This document shows positions 20,656-34,255 of a DNA stretch of 64,000 nucleotides, one piece after another. Position numbers and translations under genes: made by a program. How positions within the stretch are numbered: the stretch's first letter is position 1; each line of letters starts with the position of its first letter. The notes beneath the pieces are model-generated. The model was not told where the DNA came from. It did no database searches and saw only the letters and a program-made list of their open reading frames with translations. Source of the stretch: Ascidiella aspersa (Eukaryota). The stretch lies in contig OZ004607.1 of the NCBI GenBank assembly GCA_963924565.1, positions 26,350,001 through 26,414,000 on the forward strand. The letters run 5' to 3'.

Positions 20656-23202
20656 GTCGTATATTATTTAAAAATGACGCTACAGTTCGATGACTCTGAT
20701 GGTTTTATTTATAACCTAGACATTATGTTCAAATTTTTAGATTATGCTTATTGTTGTATTTTTACAAATTGAGCAGAAGTTGTAAACCTTGTAAACGATT
20801 TTTCCTGTCATTAGGATTCTATCTCCTGGTGGAAGGCCTACGCCTATACTTAAATTTAGATAGCCTACCAAAGACTTGGCGGCATAGGCGAAAATTAGTG
20901 CAAAAAAGTTTTTAGTTTAATCCCTTTAGGAGTGTTGACCATCTATTTTCTTCCTATGTTGAATGTTCACAGATGCCATAAAACTCGACGATATTGCTTT
21001 ATCCAGTGAATAAAATGTTTTTTATTTATCCCTCTGTTTCATTTACCATACGTTTTGTTTCTAGCAAGTCTAAGTGTGTGATATTTGTGTGGCAAATCTG
21101 AATTAGACGTGAAATAAATTAAAGCATGAGAAAAATGGTTGGCCTCCCCCAGCCAGCTGTGTAATGTGCAATGTAGTAAAGATTTAAATTAAGTCAAAAC
21201 AGTTTTCTGGCAGCACAAATACCTATTTTCACGAGGCATACAACCAAAAACTACTCGAAGCCATAATAGTAGGTCTAACCAAAATCCATAATTACTATTA
21301 ATAATTTTATACTTTGGTAGCTTCTATGTAATAATCAGACCACTTTCAAGTAAAAAACCTCCACATAAAATTACATTATTTATTACTCTACTAAGGTTTT
21401 AACGTAAATAAATGCAGAACCGCTATTATATGGTATAAAATATTAAATTTTATTTTACTGGAACACTTGTGTTCCTTTATCTGTCTTGCTCAATATGCTT
21501 GCTGCAAATAAATAGACTTTTATGCAACATCCTACTGACGTTTGTTCAAAACTTAAATTGCCAAAATGGTCTTCAACGCTCTACTTGATCTGACTGTGAT
21601 GTCTCCTTTATAGTGAACAACGGAGGATGGACCTGCAACACCTACGTTTCTGGGGTTAAAAGGTGATGCGGAAGGATTTTACCTTTATATGATCTCCTGT
21701 CCTCGAAACCATAACTATGTGTATTGTGTGTGATGTTGACCAACCAATTTTTGTGTGGCGCGAGCTCTACTCTAATATTTACCTTTTTGTATTGATTTTA
21801 TGGGTTCCATGTTGCGTTTGTGAGTTGTTAAATCAGCTATGCTTTACATCACAATTACACATTTGTAGAAAAACAACTAGCAAAAAGGTTAAGAACCACT
21901 GCTATACAATGTAATTTATATAGCATACATATATAGGCCTATATATAATGCCACCTGGTTACCCAGATTAATATAGTTTAAATAGTAACTTGCATAAAAC
22001 GTGAACCTTATATAAAATAAGCCGCATTATTAGTGGAAAACATATCAACACCTTCTGGTTAAAATAGGTAGTTCGATGACGAGGCCATCATCAAAGAAGG
22101 AAACTATTAACCAGTAATTGAAATTTACTGGTCACATGGCGCAGTCGAGTAATTCGTGTTTTCACTGTCGTTAAAATACAGTGAATGATATTTGTATCAA
22201 GCGAAAATGAATTGAATTAAAAATAAAAGTTTAGTCTACAATAGCAGAGATTTATTAAAAATCCAATTTTGAAGATCTCTATAATTAGTTATGTTCAGTT
22301 TTACATTATAACATAGTTGAGTCTAGCCAAGCGTGGTTCAACTAAAGGCCCGGCGAGTGCGGGGACCCTTTTAATTGTCCCGCGATGTTCTTTTATTAGC
22401 CAGTGATGGAATCGCCAAGCAAACTTCATTGTTTGCCAAATTAACCTATCTAAACGCATTTTTTGCGCTTTGTGCAATTTTTCTTTGGTTTTTGTAGAAT
22501 TTTTTTTTTCTTAAGCATGGCGTTTTTTTTAACTTTTTTGTTATGAAGGCATCGTGTAAAAGTTTCGCATTTTCTATCTGTCCACCGCTGTGTGGCCTCA
22601 GACTCTCTATAAATGAATTTTCTGCTAGATCATATAGTTTATCAAGAGTGTGCAATATTTCTATTGTATCATCAGTGCGACTTATTCAAAGTTTAAAACA
22701 AGATAAACGCAATTTCTACTTTTTGCGTTTATTTCCGAGCCACACAGGTGTGTAGATCTAGTGCTCTCTTTATGGGCCCGATGCGTCCAGTATACTTCTA
22801 ACGTACACTGATACCAAACATATCATATATTTGCAAAACGACACATTTCGTAAGATCCTTGCAACATAGGCCCACTATATAAAACGAGTTGCTTCAGATA
22901 GATCGTGACTTATACGCTGATAGCCCATAACTTATATTACAAGTTATTTTCTCCACTAATAAACGTCGAAGATCCATAATACACAAGAACAGGCAATGGA
23001 CTTATGTGAAAACTTTCATTATTGTGTACATAATACAGTATGATTTTATTGATTGACTACGTTACTTACTTGAATTTTTCGACGATGCTTTGTTGGACAT
23101 TATAATTTGATATTTGTTGTCAGACGACAATTATAGGCGGAAACAAACAATAAGGCTTACAAAGCAACAATTTCTAAATCGGAATAATCTATAATACGAT
23201 AA

Positions 23203-23727
23203 CATTAAGACCAACGACATAGTAATGCCAAATACATAGTAATATACCGAACAAAACAATATATAAAGTCTAAATAAGGCCTGATACTCCGAAAATTTTA
23301 TTGGAATAAGGCCTAAAGCCTAAATGGTCAAAACAACGCCGAAAACTGTAGGCAGCGTGTATGAAGCGATTGGATACCTGTCTGGCATCAGTCGTTTCGG
23401 TTTTGACGTTTGGGCCCCCTAAATTGTAATGTGCCGTTGGGGCGCCGCTGTTTTAGCACCGGATTGATTGCTCGTTTAGGGGGTTAGGGGGCGGGTAAAT
23501 GGTGGAGTTAAAATTGGGTTAGGGTTGAAACTATTAGGTTGATTAAGTTAGGGGTGGAGTTTTCAGTTAGTAAAAGTTTGCATAGGCCTTATTCTGGCCA
23601 TTTAGGTCCTATTCCGAACGGTTTAGGCCTTGTTCCGTTTTAAACGTTTTATTTATTAGTACTATTTTGGTCATATTCCGTGCTACTTTTATTCCGACGT
23701 TAAGGTTTTTATTGTTAGGTCTCATGG
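23203..23727. repeat. Degenerate foldback-like repeat with aataaggcct / aggccttatt arms and a GGTTAGGG-containing core
   Basis: Left arm has ggaataaggcct-like motifs, right arm has aggccttattc-like motifs; scattered ttaggg at 23476-23552. Boundaries approximate. Confidence 0.4.
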
Positions 23728-26700
23728 CTGTAGTCAAATTAGGCCTAAAATATAACAAAATATCCACAGAATAGTAGTGGCCCGCACAAATAGGCAGTTT
23801 CCGAAATTATTTCTCCAAATATAAGATTGGTTTATACCTTTAAAAGGTATGGGTATTCAAAATGAATACAACATTAAAAATATATCATTCCAGTTGTTCC
23901 CGGTGTGTGGTGCTGCGCTTTAAAGTTTTCGAGTCGCAACTTAGATTGCTAGTGAATTGGTTTGAGGCAGTTGGGCATGTCTGGCCGACAAACGCAGTGT
24001 TGCGACCCCGAACAGCATCAAGCTTGTTGGATGCAGCGTGCTGCTCGGCGTTAGCGCTCTGAAACGAACAGCGGGCGGCGAGAACGCTTCCTGTAATAGG
24101 CCCGCGAGCCGAAATAATTAGGAAGCCGTTTATTCTGACTAGCGCGGGCTTTCGCCTTAACCACAGCATCAAACGTGTAAATCGAGTCGCTTTCTCCCCC
24201 ACGCCCGTCATGTCATGGGCTTCTGCTGTGTGCGTTTTTTGACTACTTAGCGGTGACGTTGAGTGGCCAGTCTACACGCGCCATAATTGTGTGCTTCAAA
24301 AAATGCGCGTCACTTCCTTTTAAATCAGCAAAAAGTTGAATAGCGCTGGGGAGGGAAGCCGCTGATATCGAATTGCGGCTTGGCGGGGCCTAATTTATTA
24401 AGCGACTGTCACCCGGTTTAGGCAACCCTTGCTGAAGTGCGAGCTGTTGTAAAGTAGGCAGGTAGGCAGCGTGGAGTGTTTCAGTATAACATTGCCCTTG
24501 GTTGTGCACTTGAATATTTTACTGCAGGAGCGAGTGCTTTGTATCACAGGTATTAGCGAGTGTAGCCTACGCATTATAAGCGAGTCGTCTATGTATTGGC
24601 AAACGTGCTTTATATAACTTGCTGCCCATTAGCTGCCGATTAGGATAAGTATTATAGTGATCTTAAGTGGTTGTTTCACAACTGAAACATAGTTTGGATA
24701 AAATATAATTAAAACATGATTTAATTTGCTGTTTAAGATATTTGATATGAGACCGTGCGTATAATTGCTGCTAGTAACTCCTCTGTCTGTACCCGGCTCG
24801 TTCTAGCAGAATTTCCCAAGGCAGAAGGTTACCGTTATTCATTCGACCTAAATAACGTTTGAAATTGAAATATAGAACACCAATTCAATAAGGGTAGTAA
24901 CGTCGCCGTCCGCTTCATTGCTGTTTTACCCCGGTGTGCGCCCTCCGCCTTACAGAGTCTGGTCACGCTCCTCCACGGTGACGTACTTACTCTTCGAGAT
25001 GGCGAGTGCACACACGGCTGATGACGTAATCGCTCCGAGATGCGGAACCACTCGCCTGTGACGCAACTTTGGTGAGAGAAGTCGACCGGTAGAGAAGCGA
25101 CTACGTGAGTGTGCCATTTCACTGGTTGACGTCAGCTTGAATGGCAGTCTTGCTTACAAATTCTTCAAAACATCCGGCTCTTGGGGGTGAATTATCTGCA
25201 TCGCGGCGTGTGGCGCAATTTCCTAATCACGCGTGTCACGAAATTGCCGAGACCGATTGCTTGTTGTTATTGTTTTGTTGTTTGACTTGTCAACCGCCAG
25301 GTGTAAACACGGCGGTTCAATTAAATGTGCTGTTGGGTTTGTGTGTTTAAATTAAAAATATTGCCGCGTGCGGCTTCTAGTCGCAAAAAAGAACGCAGCA
25401 AATTTGTACAGCTTTTATTGGATTAAATATCTTTTTACATTTGACAACTGGAACAACTTGGCAATAGTAAAGAAGAAGTAAGGGGTATACAACTATTACC
25501 GACCAGATTAGGAAATTCGGAAGACTATTTTAAAGCAGTATTTGTTTATGTTGTGGTACGAATTAATCTGGCGTTCTTTTCAGAAAATTTAATGTAAACC
25601 GTATCACGAACGTTCCTCCCAATTTGTGTCGTGATCTCGTGACTGTTTGATATATTTTCCGTAATTCGCCACACGTGGTGTGTTTACCAACGGCAAAAAG
25701 CTGGTCTAAAAGTTCGACGTAAAAAAGGTTAAATAAATGCAGGAACATTCCATTTAAATTCGCACACGTTCAACCTCGCATCCTATTATTTAAGTTCGCC
25801 AATAATTATCGCAAAATCTAGGTTCAACTTTTTTTTGCAATTTGTTAGTATTTACAATCAAACAATGTCACTGAAAAGTATTAATATCATCAATCGATTT
25901 GCCAGCTGTGACTTACTTAAAACGCGTTAATTTTCCTGACATTATATGGTCATTAAGAAGATATTATGTGATGAGGTTTTTAAAAAAAGTACAGCTTTAG
26001 GTAATGCGTCTACACTATCTGTATTTATTCGTTACGTTGGCCCAAGGGTACGCAATCTGCGGCACTTAACAGTAACTTAAAGAGCGATGTGTAATATTGT
26101 CACCTTTTCCATGAATCCATGACCTAGCGCTGACACTGTGTGGATTCAGACTTCCTACAAAACGCAGCTTCTGCTCAATCATCTGGTTAACGCATTTTTT
26201 TTGCTGTTGGCACAATTCTATAACGGAAACGCACAGTATGATTTTTTTGCCAGTAGTTCGAACCTTCTACGTGATTACGGTAAGCCGTTGTGGAGTGAAT
26301 AGTGCTATTATTTTTTTTGGCCCAATTCGCCAAGTCTCCTTTTAAGAAACGCTTGGCCACCTAAAACTAAATAAAAGCAGTTTTTAACGTCATTTTGCAG
26401 CATATAGCATATGACAATACCAGTTTAATCTAGAACAAAACAATTCTTAAAATTACCCGATTTACTATGTACCTTGACGTCGTATCTCGACAAAAATATT
26501 CATAAAAGCAAAATTAAACCCTTAAAGATAGTTTTCCTGGCTACAAAAATCGCTCTAGGTTTGACAAGTTTAGTATTAATATATTTTATTTTGCCGTTTA
26601 AAGTAGACATCGCTGCATTGAAACGTTAATCATGGCTTAAAACACTTTTATTGGTATCGGATCGGCGCTAATACTTCCTTTTAGTATCGGACGAATACCG

Positions 26701-27586
26701 ATATTATCACTTGACATCGGGTTTCGCCTTAGATCCTATATTCGGACATTCCTACTTGCGGCTGTAGGAAAAGTACAGACTGTTTATGTGGCTGTGAGTT
26801 AGTTCGCTTAATTAAGCCTTGATTTAACAGAAAGGCGAATAGCCTTTTGTCTATTGCAATATGATTGGTATGCATGGCTATTTACCGAAGAAACTATATG
26901 TGTTATGTCGAAAGCTATCGGCTGTGGTTCCCAAAAGTGTGTTGTAAAACCCTTCCCCCTGATTAATAACAGTGGAAAGATCCAGGCAGGTTAAGAATAA
27001 AATTTGAAAGGCAGTAAGATGACAGTGCTAAAATGTAGTTTACACTTTTGTTGTTTTCTGTTAAAAAACATTTACTGATGATTGTAACTTTACGTTTGTG
27101 AAAGATTTTACTTCTTTAGTATCTTGCTTTAACGTTGTGACGACAATATTTAATAGCCGGTACAGGTTCGCAATAGAAACACTTAAACAAAAGTTTGTCA
27201 CTTTCCATTTTGATAAATCGCTTTAGTCGAATAGCGCCGTGCGTCACATCTAACCCCGGCAAATTAAAATTGTGGTATTGTCAGCGATATAAGGGCATAT
27301 TTTCAGTTTTGCTATAATCGATAACGATGAAATAGGAATTTAACTTTTATTTTGGTAGTAACCCCTCTCCAACGTAAAACTTTAATAAAGTAAAGGAACT
27401 TAAGGGGTTATTTTGGTTACCTCTTTATCATATTAAGGTTATACGTTATTTATGACGTCACGTTTTAACATAGCTTTGTTCCGAATAAAAGTTTTATGAC
27501 AATTTTACTCCATTCAATAAATCTAATTAAATTTAATTAAACAATCTCATTTTATAAATTTTGTTTTAGATGTGTTATGGCTGAAC

Positions 27587-30500
27587 ATGGCCAACAGCAA
27601 TGCAACGACGTACTGGATTTATATTTTCTGCTTTGTTTTGCTACAAACCTGCCTGTTACGCATCAGTAATGGTATTTCGATAACCGTTAGCGATACTTTA
27701 ACTGACGGTAAAGATGGAGTGTGCACACCGCCAAGAACAACTGCGACGAACTATCAGAGTTGCCCCACCGGTTGGAGTAAAAGAGTTACTCCATCTTTAT
27801 CACGCTGGATAACGGTATCGTCTCAGCCGTCATGCTTATTCCGGATCACCTTTGAAAACCAAACTTGTTACTCGGGTAAATATATGTAGACCTGTGTTGC
27901 TCAATATGAGGTTTTATAACTGAACTGACAGCAAGTGTGAGTTAATCGTCGCTAGTTTACATATTATTAAGGCCATAAACCAAAGCTTTCTTAACGAAAT
28001 TTAATAATGTTTGAAAGTGCAACTACTGCATTTGGTCTAAGACCATTATACTTAATTCTTAGTTTATAAGAAATAGTCTACAGCCAGCCGTCGCGAGTAA
28101 AACGCATTACTTTGGCCATAACTGGGTCACTTTTCATTATTAGTGGCTCGTTTAGGAGGACTATGAACTTCTTTGAAATGGCGTTACTATGGTTTCGAAC
28201 CCAATTGGCACGTTACGTTAAATTTAAGTGTACGTTCCCGCAAAGGTATCGCACATGTATTTTTATTTTTATGTAGTTGGCAAAATGTCGGTATATTTCG
28301 ATTTAAGGCCAACCACGCAAAGAAACTTGCAAACGAACAAAGAAGAACTATGTGTTTTCTGTAAGATGCTACAACAGATGGCTGAATTGGGAAAAGTGCG
28401 ACAAGTCTTGCGGTGGTGGAAGAAAAACGCGATACAAGTAGGTTACTTCTATATGCTAAATGTTATCCCACTAATAACTGCCATTTTGGCAGATTTAAAA
28501 AGGAAGATTACGATCGAAATTATTTATCACTATCTTTGATATTCCCAAAAATGCATGGAATTTTTAGGAAACGTCACATCTTAGAGCAGGGTTTCTCAAC
28601 CGTGGCCCTCGGCACCCCTGGGGGGCCACGGAGCTGTCATTGGGGGGCCACGAGCATAAGTTTGTAGCAATGTCGTGGTGTTGCAAAACCTGTGTAATTG
28701 TTTTTAATTTTTTTTAGCTTGTAGTGTTAAACCTTCTTTGACTAATTGCAACGCATTTTTCTTACCCGTTACTACTTGCTATTCGTGAAAAGTTTTGCAA
28801 CAGTCGACGTCAACCTTACTATTCTTTATCTGCTCGCCTAATTGCCAATCATTGTTACGTCACACACAAGCAACATTTGTGTTTTTCTAGTTTACTCATT
28901 TTTTTTCTTTGGAACGTTTAACCAGCATTTTATGAGTTTGTAAACCACAAGTTGGAATGATAGCAAAATTAATACAAGCAAGTTGAACATTTTTTTCACA
29001 AAACGATTGTTGTTGTTCCATTGATTAAATTTGTAGAAAACAAGGTTTTGTGTTATTAAATGTCGAAAATACGTCTCTTTTGGCTTAACAAAAGTTAGAC
29101 GAGACGGTCATGATTGTGTGCAGTGTCTGCAGTGCAGTGCTCGGTAGTGATGTCAAATGAGTCATTACGACCCTTAAAACCTAAAAATCATTGTGATCAA
29201 AAGCCAAAGCAAAATACGGTACCCAAACAAAACATGATGCCGCCGATGTTATTTCTGCCAAAAGAATACGATTCGACCAGGAAGCGACGTTACCTAATTT
29301 TGGATTTTAAGTGTATTTATTCATTGGCTTTCGTTCAATCGAAGTGTTTTTTATTGACGTGGTGAAATAAAATAGGTGAAAACACGTTTAACACAATTCT
29401 AGCTATATTTATAATCGAGGGGGCCACAAGGATTGAAAGCCTTTCGAAGGGGGCCACGAGGCATGAAAGGTTGAGAACCACTGTCTTAGAGTATATTTGT
29501 AAGAGTATAATTTGCTCACATGTTTGTCAACAACCCGTAAAATCTGAATTTTGGCTTTTAAATTAAAGGTCAATCATACTACCATAAAGAAAAATATTTG
29601 TACATGCCAACCTGGTACACCAGAAATGTATCCCATCAGACTGGCCATTTGGGGGGCAGGCAGACGTTTAAAAGCATATTTATTTATTGCGACGTGTAAA
29701 ACTAAAAAAATTAAGGCAGGAAGTACAAAATTATAACATTGTTTGTAATGCACAATTAAAGTTTTATATCGCTTAAGGGTCAATATTTGTTTTTTGACCG
29801 TACAAGATGTCTATAGTCCCATTTTACACACTTTCAATTATTAAATATTTGTACGAACCTTGAGGTTTGACAGTAAATTTATGTTGTCTTCTGCACACAT
29901 TTTTTAATTAAAGTACAAATAACAATTTATATAAATGTAACATTTTGTGTGAAAGTAATGTAACCTTAACTCTCGACCCCTACAACTCACTGCTAGACCC
30001 CTCGCAGGGTCGCGATCTCCAGTTAGAAAAGCACTCAGGTTGTGCTTATGGCTCATGTTATTTGAGTAATTCTCAACATTGTTGCAGGTTTTTCCAACCA
30101 CAGCGCATGTATACAAGGGAGATACGAACCTGCAACAAACAACTTTGTCCATACTGGACAGCGTGGGCGCCAGAAAATGATCTTTGTGACGCCGGTTGTA
30201 CGCGACAATGGAAGAGAGAATGCCGCAACGACAGTGGGATTCAAAATCCTACGTTATGTGGAGGAACCCGTAACGATGTCGTCCAAAGGCGCCCATGTCC
30301 TGTCGTAATGTGTAGCAACTACATCCTACGGGCCACAACAAAGGCAACTACCACAGCCAAAACTACGACAGAATATACAACAGTAGCTGCTGCATTTGAC
30401 CGTGCAGGAGGGCAAACGAACGAAACGGGTATGTCGGTGACTGGACGGGATATCGTGCCACGTATTGTGATCGGGAAAGTTGCCGACGATAACAATGGCG

Positions 30501-31948
30501 ACGCAGCTCCAATGGAGTCTCAGCCTTTGCTGTGGGTCGGAGTGCTAGTGGGGATTTTGGCGCTGTGCATCATTTTGCTCGCGTCCTATATCGGAGTGCA
30601 GAAGCACCGCAAGAGGAAGAGACACACCGTGGTGACCTTCGGAACTGGTGCATCTGCAATGAGTCAGCGCACTCCTTCGAGCGGTGCAAACCTTAATCAC
30701 GCAAATGGCCAGCAAGCCTATCAGGCTTCCTCCATCGATCGACTCATAGCAAGGCTTCGGGACATGCATCAGGCTGCAACAATACGCAGAACGCCACCAA
30801 GCAACAACGTTTATCTGCAGCCAAGTGCAACGGACGGCACACCGGACCCTTTGCTGGCCGAACACAACGGTGTAAACCAACAAATTTCGAACCTAATTAA
30901 GGAATATGACAACAACAATGGGACGGCACCGCCAACTAGCTCGAATTATGCAGTGGTTACCGGCGATGCATCAACATCGAACGACACAAGTGCCGAACAT
31001 GACGATCCGATTTACGCGGACATTCCGGCATATCACGGCCGAGGCAACGTCCACGACGACAGCTTTACTTCCGATAGCGAGGATTTCGATGCGATCGATC
31101 ACAGAACTCTGCCAGCGCCGCCGGTCGGCAATCAAGCCGCCTTGCGCAGAACTGCTGGTTCGTTCGTCGCTCACTCCCACGCGCAGAGACCTAATTTACG
31201 CAGGCACGAAACCGAGCGTCGGGCACCGATAGATGTCAACCAGCGGCCGGTGGTTGATTACAAAACAAAGCCAAGCCAGACGACCAAGGGCAAAAGCCTT
31301 CCGAATCACGCCCGACTGGACGATCCTGCTGATGCCGTACCACAATACCGTAAGGTTCTGCGAACCAGCAACTCCTTTAACGGCGGCTCGCCGCGAACGA
31401 GGCCGCCGCGCCCGATTCCGGTTATGCACAGCGTACCCGAAAGCAGTCAGGAGGATTTGTCGGCGTCCCGGCGTCCCCTCGGCCCGTCCATATCGCTGCC
31501 GAGCGACGACAAGACGCTATACTTGAAACCGAAAAAGAGTTCAACGCCGAACGGTCCGGAGAGCGCACAGCGTTCGCTATCAGAGTCCTCGCAGCCGAAG
31601 TCGCGAAGTGTGAGCGAGAGCAGTGGCAGCCAGAACACGCCGCCCATCAATCTTAGGCGAGCGAAGTGCGCTGGCGGCGCTGTGTCAGCAGCACACGAGT
31701 TCGGCTTCCAGCGCAATGCCTCCAGCGGGAATTTTAGCGAAGCAAGCTCACCGCGAAGCAGCACGGCTTCCAACCAACTGCAGCAAGCTAACCCCGACAG
31801 CTATCGCGAGCCCATGGACGCCAGTCGCAGCCAAATTGAGGAGGCTTATTCGACTTATAACACGCCCTTTGAGTCAGATCATAACATTCAGCATCAGCCG
31901 TTGCAGCCGCCGCATCAGCAGTTCATCCGTCCATCAAACCGCGTATAA
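27587..31948 (+). CDS. Type I membrane protein with two thrombospondin type-1 repeats and a long disordered cytoplasmic tail (about 817 aa, 3 coding exons)
   Basis: Exons 27587-27875, 28308-28437, 29914-31948 (GT-AG, phases 1 and 2; 2454 nt in frame). Signal YWIYIFCFVLLQTCLL; TSR WLNWEKCDKSCGGGRKTR...RTCNKQLCP; TSR WTAW..CDAGCTRQWKREC..CPVVMC; Thr-rich stalk; TM LLWVGVLVGILALCIILLASYIGV; KHRKRKR stop-transfer. Confidence 0.85.
28587..29483 (+). mobile_element. Internally deleted Buster-type hAT element in an intron of the TSR gene
   Basis: TIRs cagggtttctcaacc / ggttgagaaccactg; perfect TSD tcttagag; ggggccacg subterminal repeats; relic QCSVVMSNESLRPLK resembles the N-terminal BED-finger region of Buster transposases. 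Confidence 0.9.
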
Positions 31949-32622
31949 ATAATTGTTTGCTCCTCAATCGTGAAGTGATCGTTGGGAGCCGTTAAATGAA
32001 CAACATGCGACAACGAATTACTGCGACTCAACAAGCATTGATATGACCTACTAATGAAGAAGCTACAGAGGAGACTGGGTTTGCCTTGTAACAAAAATCG
32101 TGAAGTGAAGAATCGCAACAAAAATATGTGGTATTTTTTTTGCAGGGCGGAGATAAGTGATAAATGTGTTTATTATGTCACTCAAGGACAAAGTTGCCAA
32201 CCGCAAAAACGGATAACGTAAATAATAATTTGTGTGTTCGTTTTCAAAAACCCGAATATTGTGGTTCCTTTTATTCTACAAAGTATCATATTCATCATTG
32301 CATCAATTTTAACAAATAACATTAACGTGTATTTATTTTACGCGTTTTGTATGAGGTCTTCCCAGCACTGCCCGCAATAAACGTCGATATTTAAATTGGA
32401 AACACTTGAACAATTAATAAATTTATTTAAATTTCAAACTTAGAACCATTTATTCATCACGAATGTGAGTCGTTTGTGTTGGTCGTAAAAAAAACTCGTA
32501 AAAATAACCCTATACTGCTGGTAAAGTGTATCAGCTGGCAAATAAGCCCTATTTCTTAACCACACCGGTTGGTTAACATTGGTCAATCATCCAATACTGC
32601 CCACATCATCACCACACTATAG

Positions 32623-33483
32623 CACTATGGTGGCCCATGACTGCCATCCTGTTTTTTTTTTCAATTTAACAAAAAAAAAAAACTCGACGTGGCCCAGGAC
32701 TGCCATTCCCATATAAAACGCATTACGGTCGGACCATCACTGCCATCATAGAATACTTGAGTATGTGCAATTTTCTATTGTGTGAAAAAAATGTGCCCTA
32801 CTTGTCATTGCTATATTCGCGGTGATGTCAGCTATAGGGCGGACTTTTTTGCCCGATTTAAAATTATTGTCGTTTATGAATTTTTGAAGGAATATTAATA
32901 ACTTATCCCCGAATAATTGGCGGTCGAGTCGTATCTCATTTTAAAGAGTAGACTCGTAGCTATCACCCTATGTAAGTCACTTAGGGCACATTTTAATTTA
33001 AGGGCCGAATATTACTGAATATGAATATTCATAAATATGAATATTAATATTTTTATAGTTTTTTTTTTAAGTCTGATTGCTGGCTAAGTTAGGTTGCTTT
33101 GAGTAATGTGTAAAAATTTCCAATCGATATCTTGTTTACTTTCGGAGATATTACGCAAAGAATTTCGAGCGAGCTTCCATCTTCCCTTTGGTGAATCCCA
33201 CCAGAAGGCCTAAAAGACTAAGTGGCAAACCTCCATGCGCTGACTTGGAACTTAAACAGCACACAATAGAAAATTGCATATACTCAAGTATTCTATGATG
33301 GCAGTGATGGTCCGACCGTAATGCGTTTTATATGGGAATGGCAGTCCTGGGCCACGTCGAATTTTTTATTTTTATTTTTTTTTTTTAGTAAATTTTTTTT
33401 TTAGTAAATTTTTTTTTTTAATTCTTATTTTTTTTTTTTGTTAGATTGAAAAAAAAACAGGATGGCAGTCATGGGCCACCATA
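32623..33483. mobile_element. Non-autonomous DNA transposon with about 160-bp TIRs starting CACTATGG (Transib- or CACTA-like)
   Basis: 32623-32784 is the reverse complement of 33260-33483 apart from an expanded poly-T tract; the last 3 nt of the right terminus do not match and no TSD is evident. Confidence 0.8.
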
Positions 33484-34255
33484 CAGCACACACCTGAGCG
33501 CTCACAAACACACACACAAAGATTGGCAACGGGCGTATGACGATCCTGTATGAATCTTGTACATGTTCTAGTTTTGTTGCATCTTTCCCTTTACGCCGCT
33601 TTGGACTGTGCGCGCGTAATTTACTGTAATTTAACTCTTTCGTAATAAATGATAAATCAATTGAGGCTCTGCATTTGCCAACAGTGTTGTGCGTTCAGCA
33701 GAAATGGTGGATTGCGGTTTGCTTGCACACACACACAAGCACAGCGGACGTAGGATGTTCAAAATGCGATTGTCGGTAAACACATGCGGCGTCACTTCTT
33801 GCGTGTGGCGGGTAAGTCCGCTTAATCAGCCTGTTTGTGCGCTGATCAGAAAGAAAATGCAGATTTGCGTTTTTGTAAGCTTACATAACGTTCAGAACAC
33901 ATGCTTACTTTTCAGTAATTTAGTGTTATATTGTCGGCAAATTGTGACGTAGACCGATAAGTTAGAATTATTTTTTGATATAAAAAATACAATCAAACAA
34001 GCTGTTTTAATAATAAGAAAAAGTTGGGACGACGATAAAACAAAATGATTATCTATTTTAGCCAAAATTGGTTTATTTTAGGGAAAACCACCTGTCATAA
34101 CTAATCAAGTCATATCACGGTCTCGCTATAAAGGGTACGTATATGTGAGTAAAGGCAACAAAACAAGAGCCCGGGCAGAGGGGCAGTATGATCATTTGTA
34201 TCAGTATCATCACTTCCTTCCGTCGATGTGACTTATTAACTTGACGCAGACAGAC

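Noticed and set aside
23476-23552. TTAGGG words as an interstitial telomere
   Set aside because: Only a few scattered copies within a degenerate repeat, not a tandem array.
28228-28539. ORF-track frames as the second TSR-gene exon
   Set aside because: The TSR motif lies in the third frame, entered via the acceptor at 28307.
31934-31948. C-terminal PDZ ligand on the TSR receptor (SNRV)
   Set aside because: Position -2 is Asn, which does not fit class I or class II consensus.
32623-32680. RAG recombination signal / ProtoRAG end
   Set aside because: Heptamer-like CACTATG only; no nonamer at 12/23 spacing and no RAG-like ORF.
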